Numbered from the stretch's first letter, positions 31,798-41,555 are shown. The stretch: DNA of 64,000 bases from an uncultured delta proteobacterium (GCA_963754925.1 CAVWHX010000009.1:64001-128000), one strand, 5' to 3'. Translations and numbers: made by a program. The notes: a model not told the origin generated them from the sequence alone.

Positions 31798-33108
31798 TCA
31801 GATGCCAAACGACGCTTCCGGGAAATGTTTTCGCACTTCACCTTGCCCCACCAAGTCATTTAGAATGACGTAATTCCTGGCCTCATACCTGATTCGACCA
31901 GCCACAATTGCTGAGCTTATACCTAGCTGTTCCGCCAGCATCTTCACCGATTGCGGTGACCGCACGTATCGCGCAAGTGCACGGCTCCATATCGCAGCTG
32001 GTATAAGCACCTCCCCCGTAAGCTTGTCCGCCTCTACTTCACTCTTATCCTCGTCAGAAGCATCCAAATCGTCGAAAACCCCTTCGATTGCACCCTTCTG
32101 CAGGTGCTTTAAGACATGAAAGATCTCATGGAAAAGAACAAACCAGAAGTTGTCAAGACGGTCGTACCTAAGCGTCAAGCCAATTATGGGCAGGTATCCA
32201 TCATATAGAATCGCTGCTCCGTCCAAATGAGTGCTGGGCAAATGCGACTCTACTACAAGTGGAATACCTGCCTTTTGCAGGATAGTCCTCGCACAGGCCG
32301 GCCCATTTGGCAGAGCACTACTCCTCACGAGTTCCGCAATGCACTCTGAGGTTAGTAGCTCAGGTCGATATCTTTCTCCGACGTCAGCCCGCTTTGCCAA
32401 AGCAATAACACGGCATTCCCATGCCAAGAGCGAAAATTTATCAACTGATGAACCAGAGCGTACCTTCATGCTGTGTAATGCAACTGCTGGCTTTCGAGAA
32501 ACACTGGTTATATAATCTTCGACAAGTGATTCAGTGTTACGCAGTGCTGCATCAAGCGATCCAGAATACCCCTCAAGCCAGCCTCGCTTATACATCTCCC
32601 TAATAGGAAACTTGCTCCAGTCAATTTTCTCTAAATTCCTCGCTCTCCGAGACAAAGACTCATCCACTATCCGAGCGGACTCAGTTATCTTTAGGTTCAG
32701 TGCCTCAGCAATCTCTCGAAGACGTCGTAGACTTGCCATGAAATACTCATCAGACTCATACCGCTGAATCTGTTGCTCCTTTAACCCAACTAGTTCAGCG
32801 AGCTGTCGTTGTGATAAGCCTCTGGCTATACGCGCCCGAATTAGAATCCGAGGCAATTCGTCTAGGCTTGCTGCTTCGAGTTTGGTGACTCCACCCGACT
32901 TGAGTTCCTCATATTCATGTATTTCGTCTGAGAGCACTTTTAACTCGCTCCGAAGTGCCTCCAGCTCCGCTGTTGCCAGAATTTCCGATCCCACACGGTT
33001 AGCAACAGCTCGCGAATCGAATTCTTCGATTCCCTTCTGTAACTCACCAAGCCTCCGCTTCGATATGCGATATTGACGTTCGTTCGAAATCATCACACTA
33101 GCCTCCAC
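31798..33108 (-). CDS. XRE HTH / ImmA-IrrE metallopeptidase fusion
   Basis: GLSQRQLAELVG HTH; LDGAA, RYDRLDNFWFVLFHEIFH (HExxH). Confidence 0.9.
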   Translation of the reverse strand: MEASVMISNERQYRISKRRLGELQKGIEEFDSRAVANRVGSEILATAELEALRSELKVLSDEIHEYEELKSGGVTKLEAASLDELPRILIRARIARGLSQRQLAELVGLKEQQIQRYESDEYFMASLRRLREIAEALNLKITESARIVDESLSRRARNLEKIDWSKFPIREMYKRGWLEGYSGSLDAALRNTESLVEDYITSVSRKPAVALHSMKVRSGSSVDKFSLLAWECRVIALAKRADVGERYRPELLTSECIAELVRSSALPNGPACARTILQKAGIPLVVESHLPSTHLDGAAILYDGYLPIIGLTLRYDRLDNFWFVLFHEIFHVLKHLQKGAIEGVFDDLDASDEDKSEVEADKLTGEVLIPAAIWSRALARYVRSPQSVKMLAEQLGISSAIVAGRIRYEARNYVILNDLVGQGEVRKHFPEASFGI

Positions 33109-33534
33109 CCAATTCTTTGAGATGCAGGCGAATAATCCCCTTCTTCTTTCCCGTCTCTTTGTCCTTTTGGAAATAATCTACGAAGAAAAGAGAACTATCT
33201 GCTCGTGCGCTCGACGGGAAGAATTCACCTCCGTATTTCAATTTCTGTTTGCGACGTTTGTCTGAGAAATCCAAGAACACTGGGTTTAGCTTTACAGTGT
33301 CAACACCAGTAGGATCCCAGCACACGTCATAGTCACCAGGTCTCGGTTTCTCCGTTACAAAGCTCCCATCCAGGAACACCTCTTTGCATCCTGCCGCCTT
33401 AAGCAATCTACAGGCGTTCACCAATCCAAAAAACAGCTTTCGTCTAACCTCAGAACTTCCGAACCGCTCCCTTACTTCTTGAAGTGTTGCATCGTGAATC
33501 CCCGGTGACGTGCCCCCGTTCATAGGACCACTCT

Positions 33535-34446
33535 CTATGAGAGTTGTTCATGGTTAACCATCGTTCCTTTATCCATAGCAACACCAGTTTTCAGAGCGAA
33601 GGGAGCCGGAGGCGACCGAAGCTCTGAAAACTGTCGCGCGAACTCCGCCGGTGTCTCCTGTCCCAGCGAACTGTGCGGCCGCACATGATTGTAATCCATC
33701 CGCCATGATTCGATTTTATTACGAGCATCTTGTAGATTTATAAACCAATGTTGATTGAGACATTCATCTCGAAATTTGCCGTTGAAGCTTTCGATCAAGG
33801 CATTCTGCACCGGCTTGCCCGGCTCGATAAAATGCAACTGCACCCCATGCCGGTACGCCCAGAGGTCCAGCGCACGACTCGTGAACTCCGGACCGTTATC
33901 CGTCACCATCGCTTCGGGATACCTACCCCGTTCAGCGGCAATATCGTCCAAAATCCTGGCCACCCGGCTGCCGGAAATGGACGTGTCTACGGGTAAGGCA
34001 AGACTCTCTCGACTGAATTCATCCAGCACGCTCAACACCTTCAACCGTCGCCCATCTGAGAGACAATCAGATAGAAAATCCATCGACCATCGCTCGTTGA
34101 GTCCTTCCGGAAGACGCAGCGGCTGCCGCGCGATGCTCCGGTATCTCTTGCGCTGCTTCTTCCTCACGCTCAATCCCTCTTGCCGATACAGCCGATACAC
34201 CCGCTTGTGATTCACCACATACCCTTCCCGCCGCAATAACACCTGCAACCGTCGATATCCGAAGCGTACCCGCTGCGCCGCAAGCTCTAAAAGACGCTCC
34301 CGCAACTGCGGATACAGTTGGCCTACCGAACGGTACCGAAAGCTCGATCGCCCGATCCTCATCAGCCCGCAGGCGCGTCGTTCGCTCACCCCAAATTCCT
34401 CGCGGGCATGCACAACGGCCTGCTTTCGCGCTGCGGGCTTCACCAT
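33535..34446 (-). CDS. IS3 transposase OrfB (DDE)
   Basis: WSMDF, TDNGPEF, IESFNGKFRDECLN. Confidence 0.95.
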   Translation of the reverse strand: MVKPAARKQAVVHAREEFGVSERRACGLMRIGRSSFRYRSVGQLYPQLRERLLELAAQRVRFGYRRLQVLLRREGYVVNHKRVYRLYRQEGLSVRKKQRKRYRSIARQPLRLPEGLNERWSMDFLSDCLSDGRRLKVLSVLDEFSRESLALPVDTSISGSRVARILDDIAAERGRYPEAMVTDNGPEFTSRALDLWAYRHGVQLHFIEPGKPVQNALIESFNGKFRDECLNQHWFINLQDARNKIESWRMDYNHVRPHSSLGQETPAEFARQFSELRSPPAPFALKTGVAMDKGTMVNHEQLS

Positions 34447-34706
34447 TTTCTTGAGTTGATATCCCTCAAGATCTGGTTGTCGAGAGTGAGATCGGCCACG
34501 GCACGCTTCAGCCTTCGGTTTTCTTCCTCAAGCTGCTTCAGCCGCCGCGCCTCGCTGACGTCCATCCCGCCGTACTTGGATTTCCAACGGTAGTACGTTT
34601 GTTCGCAGAAGCCATGTGTGCGACAGAGATCAGACAGCTTCACCCCCGCTTCGGCTTCTTTCAATATCCCGATGATCTTATCCTCAGAAAACCGTTTCCC
34701 TTTCAT
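34440..34706 (-). CDS. IS3 transposase OrfA
   Basis: RFSEDKII, YYRWKSKYGGM, LEEENRRLK; overlaps OrfB at AAAATGGTGA. Confidence 0.95.
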   Translation of the reverse strand: MKGKRFSEDKIIGILKEAEAGVKLSDLCRTHGFCEQTYYRWKSKYGGMDVSEARRLKQLEEENRRLKRAVADLTLDNQILRDINSRKW

Positions 34707-34945
34707 TGAGCAAGCTCCTTTCCGGCATTCTAGCCGAAGGAACTCTCATTGAAAATGGTCCAGTTTTTGGGGGGCAGGTCACCGGAGGTAGCACCATCCA
34801 AGATGCACCGATGTCAACGAAGTCCGGTATCATCGACACAACAATATAATTGTGTTCATTCATTGTCAAGGTTTAACTCAACGTCAGTTTATTTAAGCTA
34901 ACGGCTATCTTCACCGCTCCCTACTCACAACTAGTTGCAATCATT

Positions 34946-34986
34946 TTAGAAAACTATTATATTATAATGGGTTGCCGATCGACTGG
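34946..34986 (+). repeat. 41-bp direct repeat, copy A
   Basis: 35/41 identical to 36360-36400. Confidence 0.85.
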
Positions 34987-35177
34987 CAGCCTGATCGCCG
35001 CCGGACGGAGCAAGAGAGAGGGGCTTTCTTGTGGACAATTCCAAAGTGCGGTATTGGGCGGGGGCGTCCGGGGTCGCGGGGTTCGGATGAAGTTCTTTGG
35101 GAGTTTCGTTAGCCCTAACAAGAGCGCTGGCGGGTGCTCCGCACCGCTTAGCCCAGGGATATGGATTCTAAATAACA

Positions 35178-35486
35178 ATGAGACGTGGTGAATTCATATT
35201 TAATCTCTTCTTCCTTCTTGGCCCAATAATTTTTTGCTCAATTATAGTCATGTCGATGTGCCACTCAACTGTGTATATCATTATTATTTTTCTCTTGTAC
35301 TTGATGGGGTTTGTTTTATTCCTAATAGCCAAAATCTCAGTTTTTAAAAAAGGTATACGTGTCTCTTTTGGTGCGAAGCAAATGTCACGCTTATATCGAT
35401 CTTTTTATATTTCTGGTTATATTTTAATGGGTATAGGTTTATTTCTTTTAATAATGGTTCTGGTGTTTAGAAATGTCATTAAGTAA
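35178..35486 (+). CDS. Small membrane protein (three TM segments)
   Basis: AT-rich hydrophobic ORF. Confidence 0.65.
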   Translation: MRRGEFIFNLFFLLGPIIFCSIIVMSMCHSTVYIIIIFLLYLMGFVLFLIAKISVFKKGIRVSFGAKQMSRLYRSFYISGYILMGIGLFLLIMVLVFRNVIK

Positions 35487-35519
35487 AAGATCGAACGAGC
35501 GCATTAAGGCGGAACTATC

Positions 35520-36308
35520 ATGCAGCTAACCCAAGAAGAACTCAGCGATCTTCAAACTGCTAAGCTGCACCTTGAAAATCCAAACATCGCAATCAAGGTC
35601 ACCAATGTAGTAGGAATACCCATCGAGAAAGGTTTAGAGCTCTTACCCAACAAATGGTCGGAAGTAATCGGCGATGCAACTCGAAAAGCACTCGGGATAG
35701 CTCTTGATGGCGCATTAAGAACGCTAGACAAGGCTGTTCAATTGCCTTCTCAGGATATGTGGCACAAGGTTGCGGTCACCGCGACAGGAGCTGGAGCTGG
35801 ATGGTTCGGTCTCCCGGCACTCATTGTAGAACTACCAATTTCCACCACCATAATGCTGCGGTCGATTGCTGACATCGCCCGTAGTGAAGGAGAGAATCTG
35901 CACGTACCGATTGCACAGCTTGCCTGTATAGAAGTATTTGCTTTGGGAGGAAGAACATCCAAGGACGATGCCGCTGAATCTGGTTACTTTGCCATTCGTG
36001 CAGGTCTCGCCAAGGCCGTCTCTGAGGCGGCTGAGTTCATTGCAGAAAGGGGATTTGCAAAAGAAGGGGCGCCGGCGATCGTTCGTTTGATTTCCCAAAT
36101 AGCCGAGCGCTTCAGCATTAATGTGTCCGAAAAAGCAGCGGCTCAAGCAATTCCAGCCATTGGCGCAGCTGGCGGCGCTCTAATCAACTTAATCTTCATG
36201 GACCATTTTCAAAACATGGCTCGGGGACATTTTACGGTTCGAAGGCTTGAGAGAAAATATGGGGCTGATGCGGTCAAGACCGCTTACCTCAAACTTCCAA
36301 ACAAATAA
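35520..36308 (+). CDS. EcsC-family protein
   Basis: ELPISTTIMLRSIADIARSEG, ARGHFTVRRLERKYG. Confidence 0.85.
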   Translation: MQLTQEELSDLQTAKLHLENPNIAIKVTNVVGIPIEKGLELLPNKWSEVIGDATRKALGIALDGALRTLDKAVQLPSQDMWHKVAVTATGAGAGWFGLPALIVELPISTTIMLRSIADIARSEGENLHVPIAQLACIEVFALGGRTSKDDAAESGYFAIRAGLAKAVSEAAEFIAERGFAKEGAPAIVRLISQIAERFSINVSEKAAAQAIPAIGAAGGALINLIFMDHFQNMARGHFTVRRLERKYGADAVKTAYLKLPNK

Positions 36309-36359
36309 CTATTGGCCGCCCAACCAGCGACTCAACCGCAGCCAAATCGGGCTACCCTC

Positions 36360-36400
36360 TTAGATACCTATTTTCTTACAATGGGTTGCCGATCGGCTGG
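36360..36400 (+). repeat. 41-bp direct repeat, copy B
   Basis: 35/41 identical to 34946-34986. Confidence 0.85.
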
Positions 36401-36605
36401 AACCTCCCCAGGAGTCCTCTGACTCCCGTAGAACCTGACAAATATGATTTACAGAAAGGCGAAAAAATTGGTTGAAAAGAATCGCAAGAGATTATGTACT
36501 GTCGCCACATAGGATTCACGAAAAACAAGTGGGCAATAGTCTATGGATCGACTGGAAACATACGACTTGTCGTTGCAAGGTGCTATGAGGGTATAACTAA
36601 CATTA

Positions 36606-36642
36606 TGGAGCTATACAGAAACTATAGAATAACTTGTTAGGC
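36606..36642 (+). other. attI-like site 2
   Basis: TGGAGCTATACAGAAACTATAGAATAACTTGTTAGGC, ending in a GTTRRRY core. Confidence 0.65.
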
Positions 36643-36704
36643 TTTCAATCTCGCTGGAGCACTCAAAGCCCGAAGGGTATTGAGAACAAAAAAGGAGAAA
36701 TACC

Positions 36705-38636
36705 ATGATGACAGAAATGATAGGATGGGTTGTCTTAAGTCTAGTCGTTTTTATTGTTCTGGTGGTTATCCTTAAAGGTTTTTGTTTGATTGGTCCCAAT
36801 CAAGTCGGCATCCTTACTAAAAACATGTTTGGCAAAAAAATGCCTGAAGGACAAATAATCGCGCGCCACGGGGAAATAGGGGTTCAGGCCAGGACGTTGA
36901 TGCCAGGGCTCTATTGGAGGATGCCTATAATTTGGTCATTTACAAAAATTCCGGTAGTGACGGTAGATATTGCTAGTATCGGCATCATCGAATCTATTGA
37001 CGGCGAACCACTACCTAAAGGTAGAGTGTTAGCTGACGAAGTCGAGTGTAATCAATTTCAAGATGCAGAGATGTTCTTAGCCAACCATGGAAAGAAGGGA
37101 CCACAGGTTGGAATTCTACGTCCCGGCACCTACCGGATCAATTCCAGACTGTTCTATATTACCAAAGCTCCCGCGGTAAAAATAGCTGAGAATACCATTG
37201 GTATCGCTGTTGCCAGAGATGGTATTCCTTTACCTACTGGCTATGTCATCGCCCCGAAGGCTTTAAATGATGACGGTACCGAAGTAGACCACAAAGCTTA
37301 TCAAAATGGGCAGCTCTTTATCGATAGCAAAGGATACCGGGGACCGCAGTTGGATACCCTGCAGCCGGGAATATATTACATCAATCCGAACTTATTTGAT
37401 ATTAAACTTGAATATGTCGCCGAGGTCCTTCCGGGATATGTGGCGGTCATCAGGTCCAACGTGGGGCTGGAGTTGGAAAGGACGTCCGAAGGGCCCGATC
37501 GAACTACCGGTGAAGGAAAACTCTGTGGTCCGATCCATGAAGATGTTGAGAAGATACTGATAACCAACAAATATACTCGCGGCATTTGGCGAGAGCCGAT
37601 AGCACCGGGGAAATACAATCTCAACGCGATTGCCTTCACCGCCTATCAAGTGCCTACTTCCGCCGTCACCATCGATTGGGCAAGCGAGGGAAGAATCGGG
37701 ACAGAGGTAAAGGGAGTTAAACCGACGGAGGCTAAGGCTGCGGGGGTTCTGTACAGTTTTGATCCCTTGAAGGTGACTTCTAAAGATGGCTTTCAACTGG
37801 AAGTCAATGTTCGAATGGTGATTCGAATTCAACCGGGCAATGCGGCCTACATCATAGCGAGATTCGGGTCGGTGGCCAATCTGATTGATCAAATCGTGCA
37901 TCCGCTGATTGATTCATCTTTCAGGAATAAAGCCGGAGAGAAGAAAGCGATTGACTTTTTCCAAAGCCGGACGGACTTACAGACCGAAGCGCTGGCACAT
38001 GCCAAAGAAAGATTTTCTGAGTACAACGTAGAGGCCCAAAACTTACTCATTGCTTATATCGATATACCTAAAGATTTGCTGGATACTCAAACCAAGAAGG
38101 AGATTGCCAATCAGCAGCAAGCCCAGTACGACCAGGAGGCGCTAGCTCAAGAAAAACGCATTGCGGTCATGGAGAAATCGTCCCGGGCGGATAAACAGAA
38201 AGATGTTATTGATGCCAAATTATCTATAGACATCAATAACGATATGGCTGAGGCCAGAGTTAAGGAAGCTGACGGGAACAGGCGCTCGGTGATTCTCCAA
38301 GCTCAAGGAACTAAAGAATCCACCATACTGATGGCTCAAGGGACAAAAGAATCTACCATACTGGTGGCTGACGGCAATTCTTATAAAAGCAAGATTGAGG
38401 GTGACGGTGTTGCCGCTGCCTATAATGCCCAAAAAGAGGCCATTGGTCAGCAGAATGTAGCGGTAATCAAACTCATTCAGGAGATAGCGGCTGGTAAGAT
38501 TCAGATTGTACCCCAGGTTCTGGTTGGGGGCGGAGAGGGCTCAGCCAGCGGCAACCTATTCAATGCATGGTTATCTCAAATGATTTTTCAAAACGCACCG
38601 AAAAATGAGGGAAAACAAATAGAGGCGACTGAATAA
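36705..38636 (+). CDS. SPFH/band-7 (flotillin-like) membrane protein
   Basis: N-terminal TM, repeated GxQ..L.PG.Y units, SKDGF, coiled-coil tail, IVPQVLV. Confidence 0.88.
   Translation: MMTEMIGWVVLSLVVFIVLVVILKGFCLIGPNQVGILTKNMFGKKMPEGQIIARHGEIGVQARTLMPGLYWRMPIIWSFTKIPVVTVDIASIGIIESIDGEPLPKGRVLADEVECNQFQDAEMFLANHGKKGPQVGILRPGTYRINSRLFYITKAPAVKIAENTIGIAVARDGIPLPTGYVIAPKALNDDGTEVDHKAYQNGQLFIDSKGYRGPQLDTLQPGIYYINPNLFDIKLEYVAEVLPGYVAVIRSNVGLELERTSEGPDRTTGEGKLCGPIHEDVEKILITNKYTRGIWREPIAPGKYNLNAIAFTAYQVPTSAVTIDWASEGRIGTEVKGVKPTEAKAAGVLYSFDPLKVTSKDGFQLEVNVRMVIRIQPGNAAYIIARFGSVANLIDQIVHPLIDSSFRNKAGEKKAIDFFQSRTDLQTEALAHAKERFSEYNVEAQNLLIAYIDIPKDLLDTQTKKEIANQQQAQYDQEALAQEKRIAVMEKSSRADKQKDVIDAKLSIDINNDMAEARVKEADGNRRSVILQAQGTKESTILMAQGTKESTILVADGNSYKSKIEGDGVAAAYNAQKEAIGQQNVAVIKLIQEIAAGKIQIVPQVLVGGGEGSASGNLFNAWLSQMIFQNAPKNEGKQIEATE
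38301..38366 (+). repeat. 33-bp in-frame tandem duplication (AQGTKESTILM/V)
   Basis: Visible in both DNA and protein. Confidence 0.8.
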
Positions 38637-38645
38637 TCTGAGCGG

Positions 38646-41048
38646 CTACTGCGTAAACAGTGGGAAGTCTCGGTATACAAAATCGTCGAACACATCAGTC
38701 ATGCTTAAGAAATTGGCGTCCTTCACGGGCGCATTATCCGCACCCACTGATATGTTGCCCGATTCTCCCAGGGGGAACATGCTTTGAATCCCGAGGGGAC
38801 CCGAACTGCCGAATTCGACGATGTGCGCGTAGGTGGAACGCGATGAGAAGGGTATTTCCCATACATTTCCCAGCAGGGGGTGGCTAAACGTGATAACTCC
38901 CCGCGCATTGGCGCCCCAGGGCTGGGCTCCCAGGGTGGCAAGGACATTGTCCAGCGCCTTTACGATGATAGCGTTGGCGGTCTGAGGCGCCGTAGGATCC
39001 GATGTATTCTGGAACCAGTTGTAGTAGTTGGTCAGACCTCCTGATCTGATGCCGTGGAGGAGTACATTGAAGAGCACCAGGTCGTCTATTGCCGTTGGAA
39101 AAGCGTTAAGCTCCTCGAACGTGAGGGTTATAACCTCTTTGATCCAGGCGTCCATAAGCTCCCATGCATCGGCGCGGTTCGTTCCGGTAGGCCAGGCTGC
39201 GACTCCCCCGTCAACGAAATGTCCGTCCCACGCAGCCAGAAGGTCAAGGGCCGCTGAACGAGCGGCAACGGGTGCATCCGGAGCAGCGTTTACCGCGGCG
39301 ATGAAATAATCAGACACAAACTTCCAGGGATTCCCCCCGTTGCCGATGGAGTCGGTGGTGGCGATGTTGAGCGCAAGGTCTCTGATTTGATCAAAGGTCA
39401 GATTGTTATTGGCGGAAAGGTAGTCGTTTATTACATGGGCCCGGTGGAACGGGCCGAAGGAGTATGCGCTATTATTCCATGAATTGGTGTAGCCTGCATT
39501 CGTCTTGTTGTTCCAGCCGCAGTAGTATCCCTGGCTGGTATTGCGATCGGTTGAACGGGGTATAAGGTTTGCCGCGTCCCATTCAAGGGGTGTCCCCGCG
39601 GCGCCCTGCGGCAACCGCCATTCGCCGTACGGACGGACGGGGTCCCTTCCCGACATCCAGTACGCAATATTTCCATCGTTGTCGGCGTATGTAAAATGCA
39701 TGGATACCGGCACGAGTTCTATGGCCGCCCCGAATTGGTCCATGCTTTCCGCCCGGGCGAGGCCAAGATACGCCTTAAGAACATTAAATTCATACCCCCA
39801 CTGGGAATACTTCCAAGAAATGACGGGGTTCGTATTAATAACGGGTCCATGAGCAGTCCGGTATATGGGCAGAACCACATCGGCGGCGCCTTGCACCTTG
39901 ATGGTCTCCGTCCGGTTAAGGACCATAGCATCTGCGGATTCCAGGTAATAATCCACGGTATGGGCATGACCCACTTGCATGGACCAGGCATGGTGGGGCG
40001 TACGCCCGATAACGATGCAGGGTAGACCCGCGATAATCATACCGGAGACATTCAAACCGCCGGCCCGCAGGGAGCCCTCACCGATGACCGAGGGCACGCT
40101 GAATCCCATCTGCGGACCGGAGTAGAGTATAGGATTACCGGTGGCCGTTTTGCTCCCCTTTATCGCCCAGGCATAACTGCCCATCTTTACGTAGGCGTTT
40201 ATCTTTTTCAGACTCTGGTCGATCCGCGACTGCCTCTCGGCCATGCGTTGGGCGACCTGCCGCAAATCGGGGAACGAAGGATGATTTTTCATCAGCGGGG
40301 ATCGCGTTGCCGCGGTTGATTTTTGAGCGGCCAAAACTTTGAGAGGTTTGGGTATGTAGGTCAGCGCGTCGGGATCGTTGATCCATCGTAAATCCTCAAA
40401 CATACTCGTTCCCTGCTCGGCTCCATAGGCGGCCACAAGCCCCTGGTACAATGCCGCGTTATCGATCTGTCCCTGACTCTGCGCTTCGGGATCGAACCTT
40501 CTCATCATCGCCGCACCCCATGCAAATACATCCTTATACGTCCAGTCCTCAAGCGTCGTACTCGTAATGCCAACTGCGGAAAATTCATAGGGAAGCAGAG
40601 AAGAATCCTTGCGAATCTCGGCTATGCGTCTGTTGAAGCCCGCCACATACCCGTTGACCACGTCCTGGGACTCCTTATCCAAGGAATCGTAACCGTTTTG
40701 CAATTCCTGATCGGAATAGCCGGTCGTACGTGCTAATTCATCCTGGTCTAGCAGAAAGGCGCCGAATATCTCGGCCAGCCTTCCCCGGGCGGACCGTCTG
40801 AAGGTCTCCGCCTGCCAAAGACGGTCGGTGGCGACGGCATAGCCCATTGCTTCAAATACATCATATAATTTGTCCTGCTCCGAACCGGTAATGAACCACA
40901 CGCCTTTATCGTCACGAGCGGTTTTTACCGTGGAGGTTCTCCCGCTGGAACATTCGGACATAAGGATGGCGCTAGAGAATAGAAGAATGGTCAATGTCAG
41001 CCAGCGGGAATATAACGGTTTCAACGCATAAGATTTACTAATTCGCAT
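38646..41048 (-). CDS. Penicillin acylase family Ntn hydrolase
   Basis: ARDDKGVW, ATDRLWQ, autocleavage G|SYAWAI, WNNK. Confidence 0.92.
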   Translation of the reverse strand: MRISKSYALKPLYSRWLTLTILLFSSAILMSECSSGRTSTVKTARDDKGVWFITGSEQDKLYDVFEAMGYAVATDRLWQAETFRRSARGRLAEIFGAFLLDQDELARTTGYSDQELQNGYDSLDKESQDVVNGYVAGFNRRIAEIRKDSSLLPYEFSAVGITSTTLEDWTYKDVFAWGAAMMRRFDPEAQSQGQIDNAALYQGLVAAYGAEQGTSMFEDLRWINDPDALTYIPKPLKVLAAQKSTAATRSPLMKNHPSFPDLRQVAQRMAERQSRIDQSLKKINAYVKMGSYAWAIKGSKTATGNPILYSGPQMGFSVPSVIGEGSLRAGGLNVSGMIIAGLPCIVIGRTPHHAWSMQVGHAHTVDYYLESADAMVLNRTETIKVQGAADVVLPIYRTAHGPVINTNPVISWKYSQWGYEFNVLKAYLGLARAESMDQFGAAIELVPVSMHFTYADNDGNIAYWMSGRDPVRPYGEWRLPQGAAGTPLEWDAANLIPRSTDRNTSQGYYCGWNNKTNAGYTNSWNNSAYSFGPFHRAHVINDYLSANNNLTFDQIRDLALNIATTDSIGNGGNPWKFVSDYFIAAVNAAPDAPVAARSAALDLLAAWDGHFVDGGVAAWPTGTNRADAWELMDAWIKEVITLTFEELNAFPTAIDDLVLFNVLLHGIRSGGLTNYYNWFQNTSDPTAPQTANAIIVKALDNVLATLGAQPWGANARGVITFSHPLLGNVWEIPFSSRSTYAHIVEFGSSGPLGIQSMFPLGESGNISVGADNAPVKDANFLSMTDVFDDFVYRDFPLFTQ

Positions 41049-41227
41049 CTTGGTTTCCCTCCTTAATGAATGATAAGCTTTGGTTAAGGTGGAAAATTTA
41101 CACCATACGCTTTCTTGGTAAGAGCTTGTTCACTAATGCCATAAAAAACGTCTAAAAGACATTGATTTCGTGTCTTCGCGTTGTTGCACCGGCATGATGA
41201 ATCACGGTCGAACCTGCATGATTCTTC

Positions 41228-41494
41228 GGTAGTGGGTCAGTTTGCAAAAGGCTTACGGGTGTTCGGCAGGCGACCGTCTATCCCACAAGGGGACAAGAGC
41301 TTGTAAGCCTCACTTTGTTCGGCAACAAGCTCTAGCACCCAGGCTGCACTTGCACACTGAATTTTTCAATTTTGAGCGGTTAATTAGAGACTGTTAGCGA
41401 ACGAAGTGAGCGTTACAGTCTCTTATCCTTTAGGGTATGTTTCGGTCGCGTGTCGTTCGACGAATACCCGTAAGCCTCTAACTGACCCACTACC
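41228..41494. mobile_element. 267-bp MITE-like element, copy 2
   Basis: TIR GGTAGTGGGTCAGTT/AACTGACCCACTACC; flanks GATTCTTC/GGTTCTTC (7/8). Confidence 0.88.
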
Positions 41495-41555
41495 GGTTCT
41501 TCGATGTCATTGCATTAGTATTAGCTTCGAAATAAGATAGTTACCGGAGATTGCT

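Larger units (their letters stand above)
33506..34781 (-). mobile_element. IS3-family insertion sequence (IS407-group-like), 1276 bp
   Basis: IRs TGACCTGCCCCC../TGACGTGCCCCC..GGACCA; 4-bp duplication CCGG at 33502 and 34782. Confidence 0.95.
33098..34833 (-). pseudogene. DUF6932-like nucleotidyltransferase-fold gene interrupted by IS3
   Basis: Removing the IS and one CCGG gives MIPDF..VLPP|GIHDAT..DGSFVT.K..PGDYD..KKGI in frame. Confidence 0.82.

Noticed and set aside
36409..36423. RSPL peptide as the C-terminal remnant of IntI upstream of attI-like site 2
   Set aside because: Only four residues match; no upstream integrase motifs.
41119..41129. AAGAGCTTGT as a third MITE fragment
   Set aside because: A 10-base match only, with no flanking similarity.
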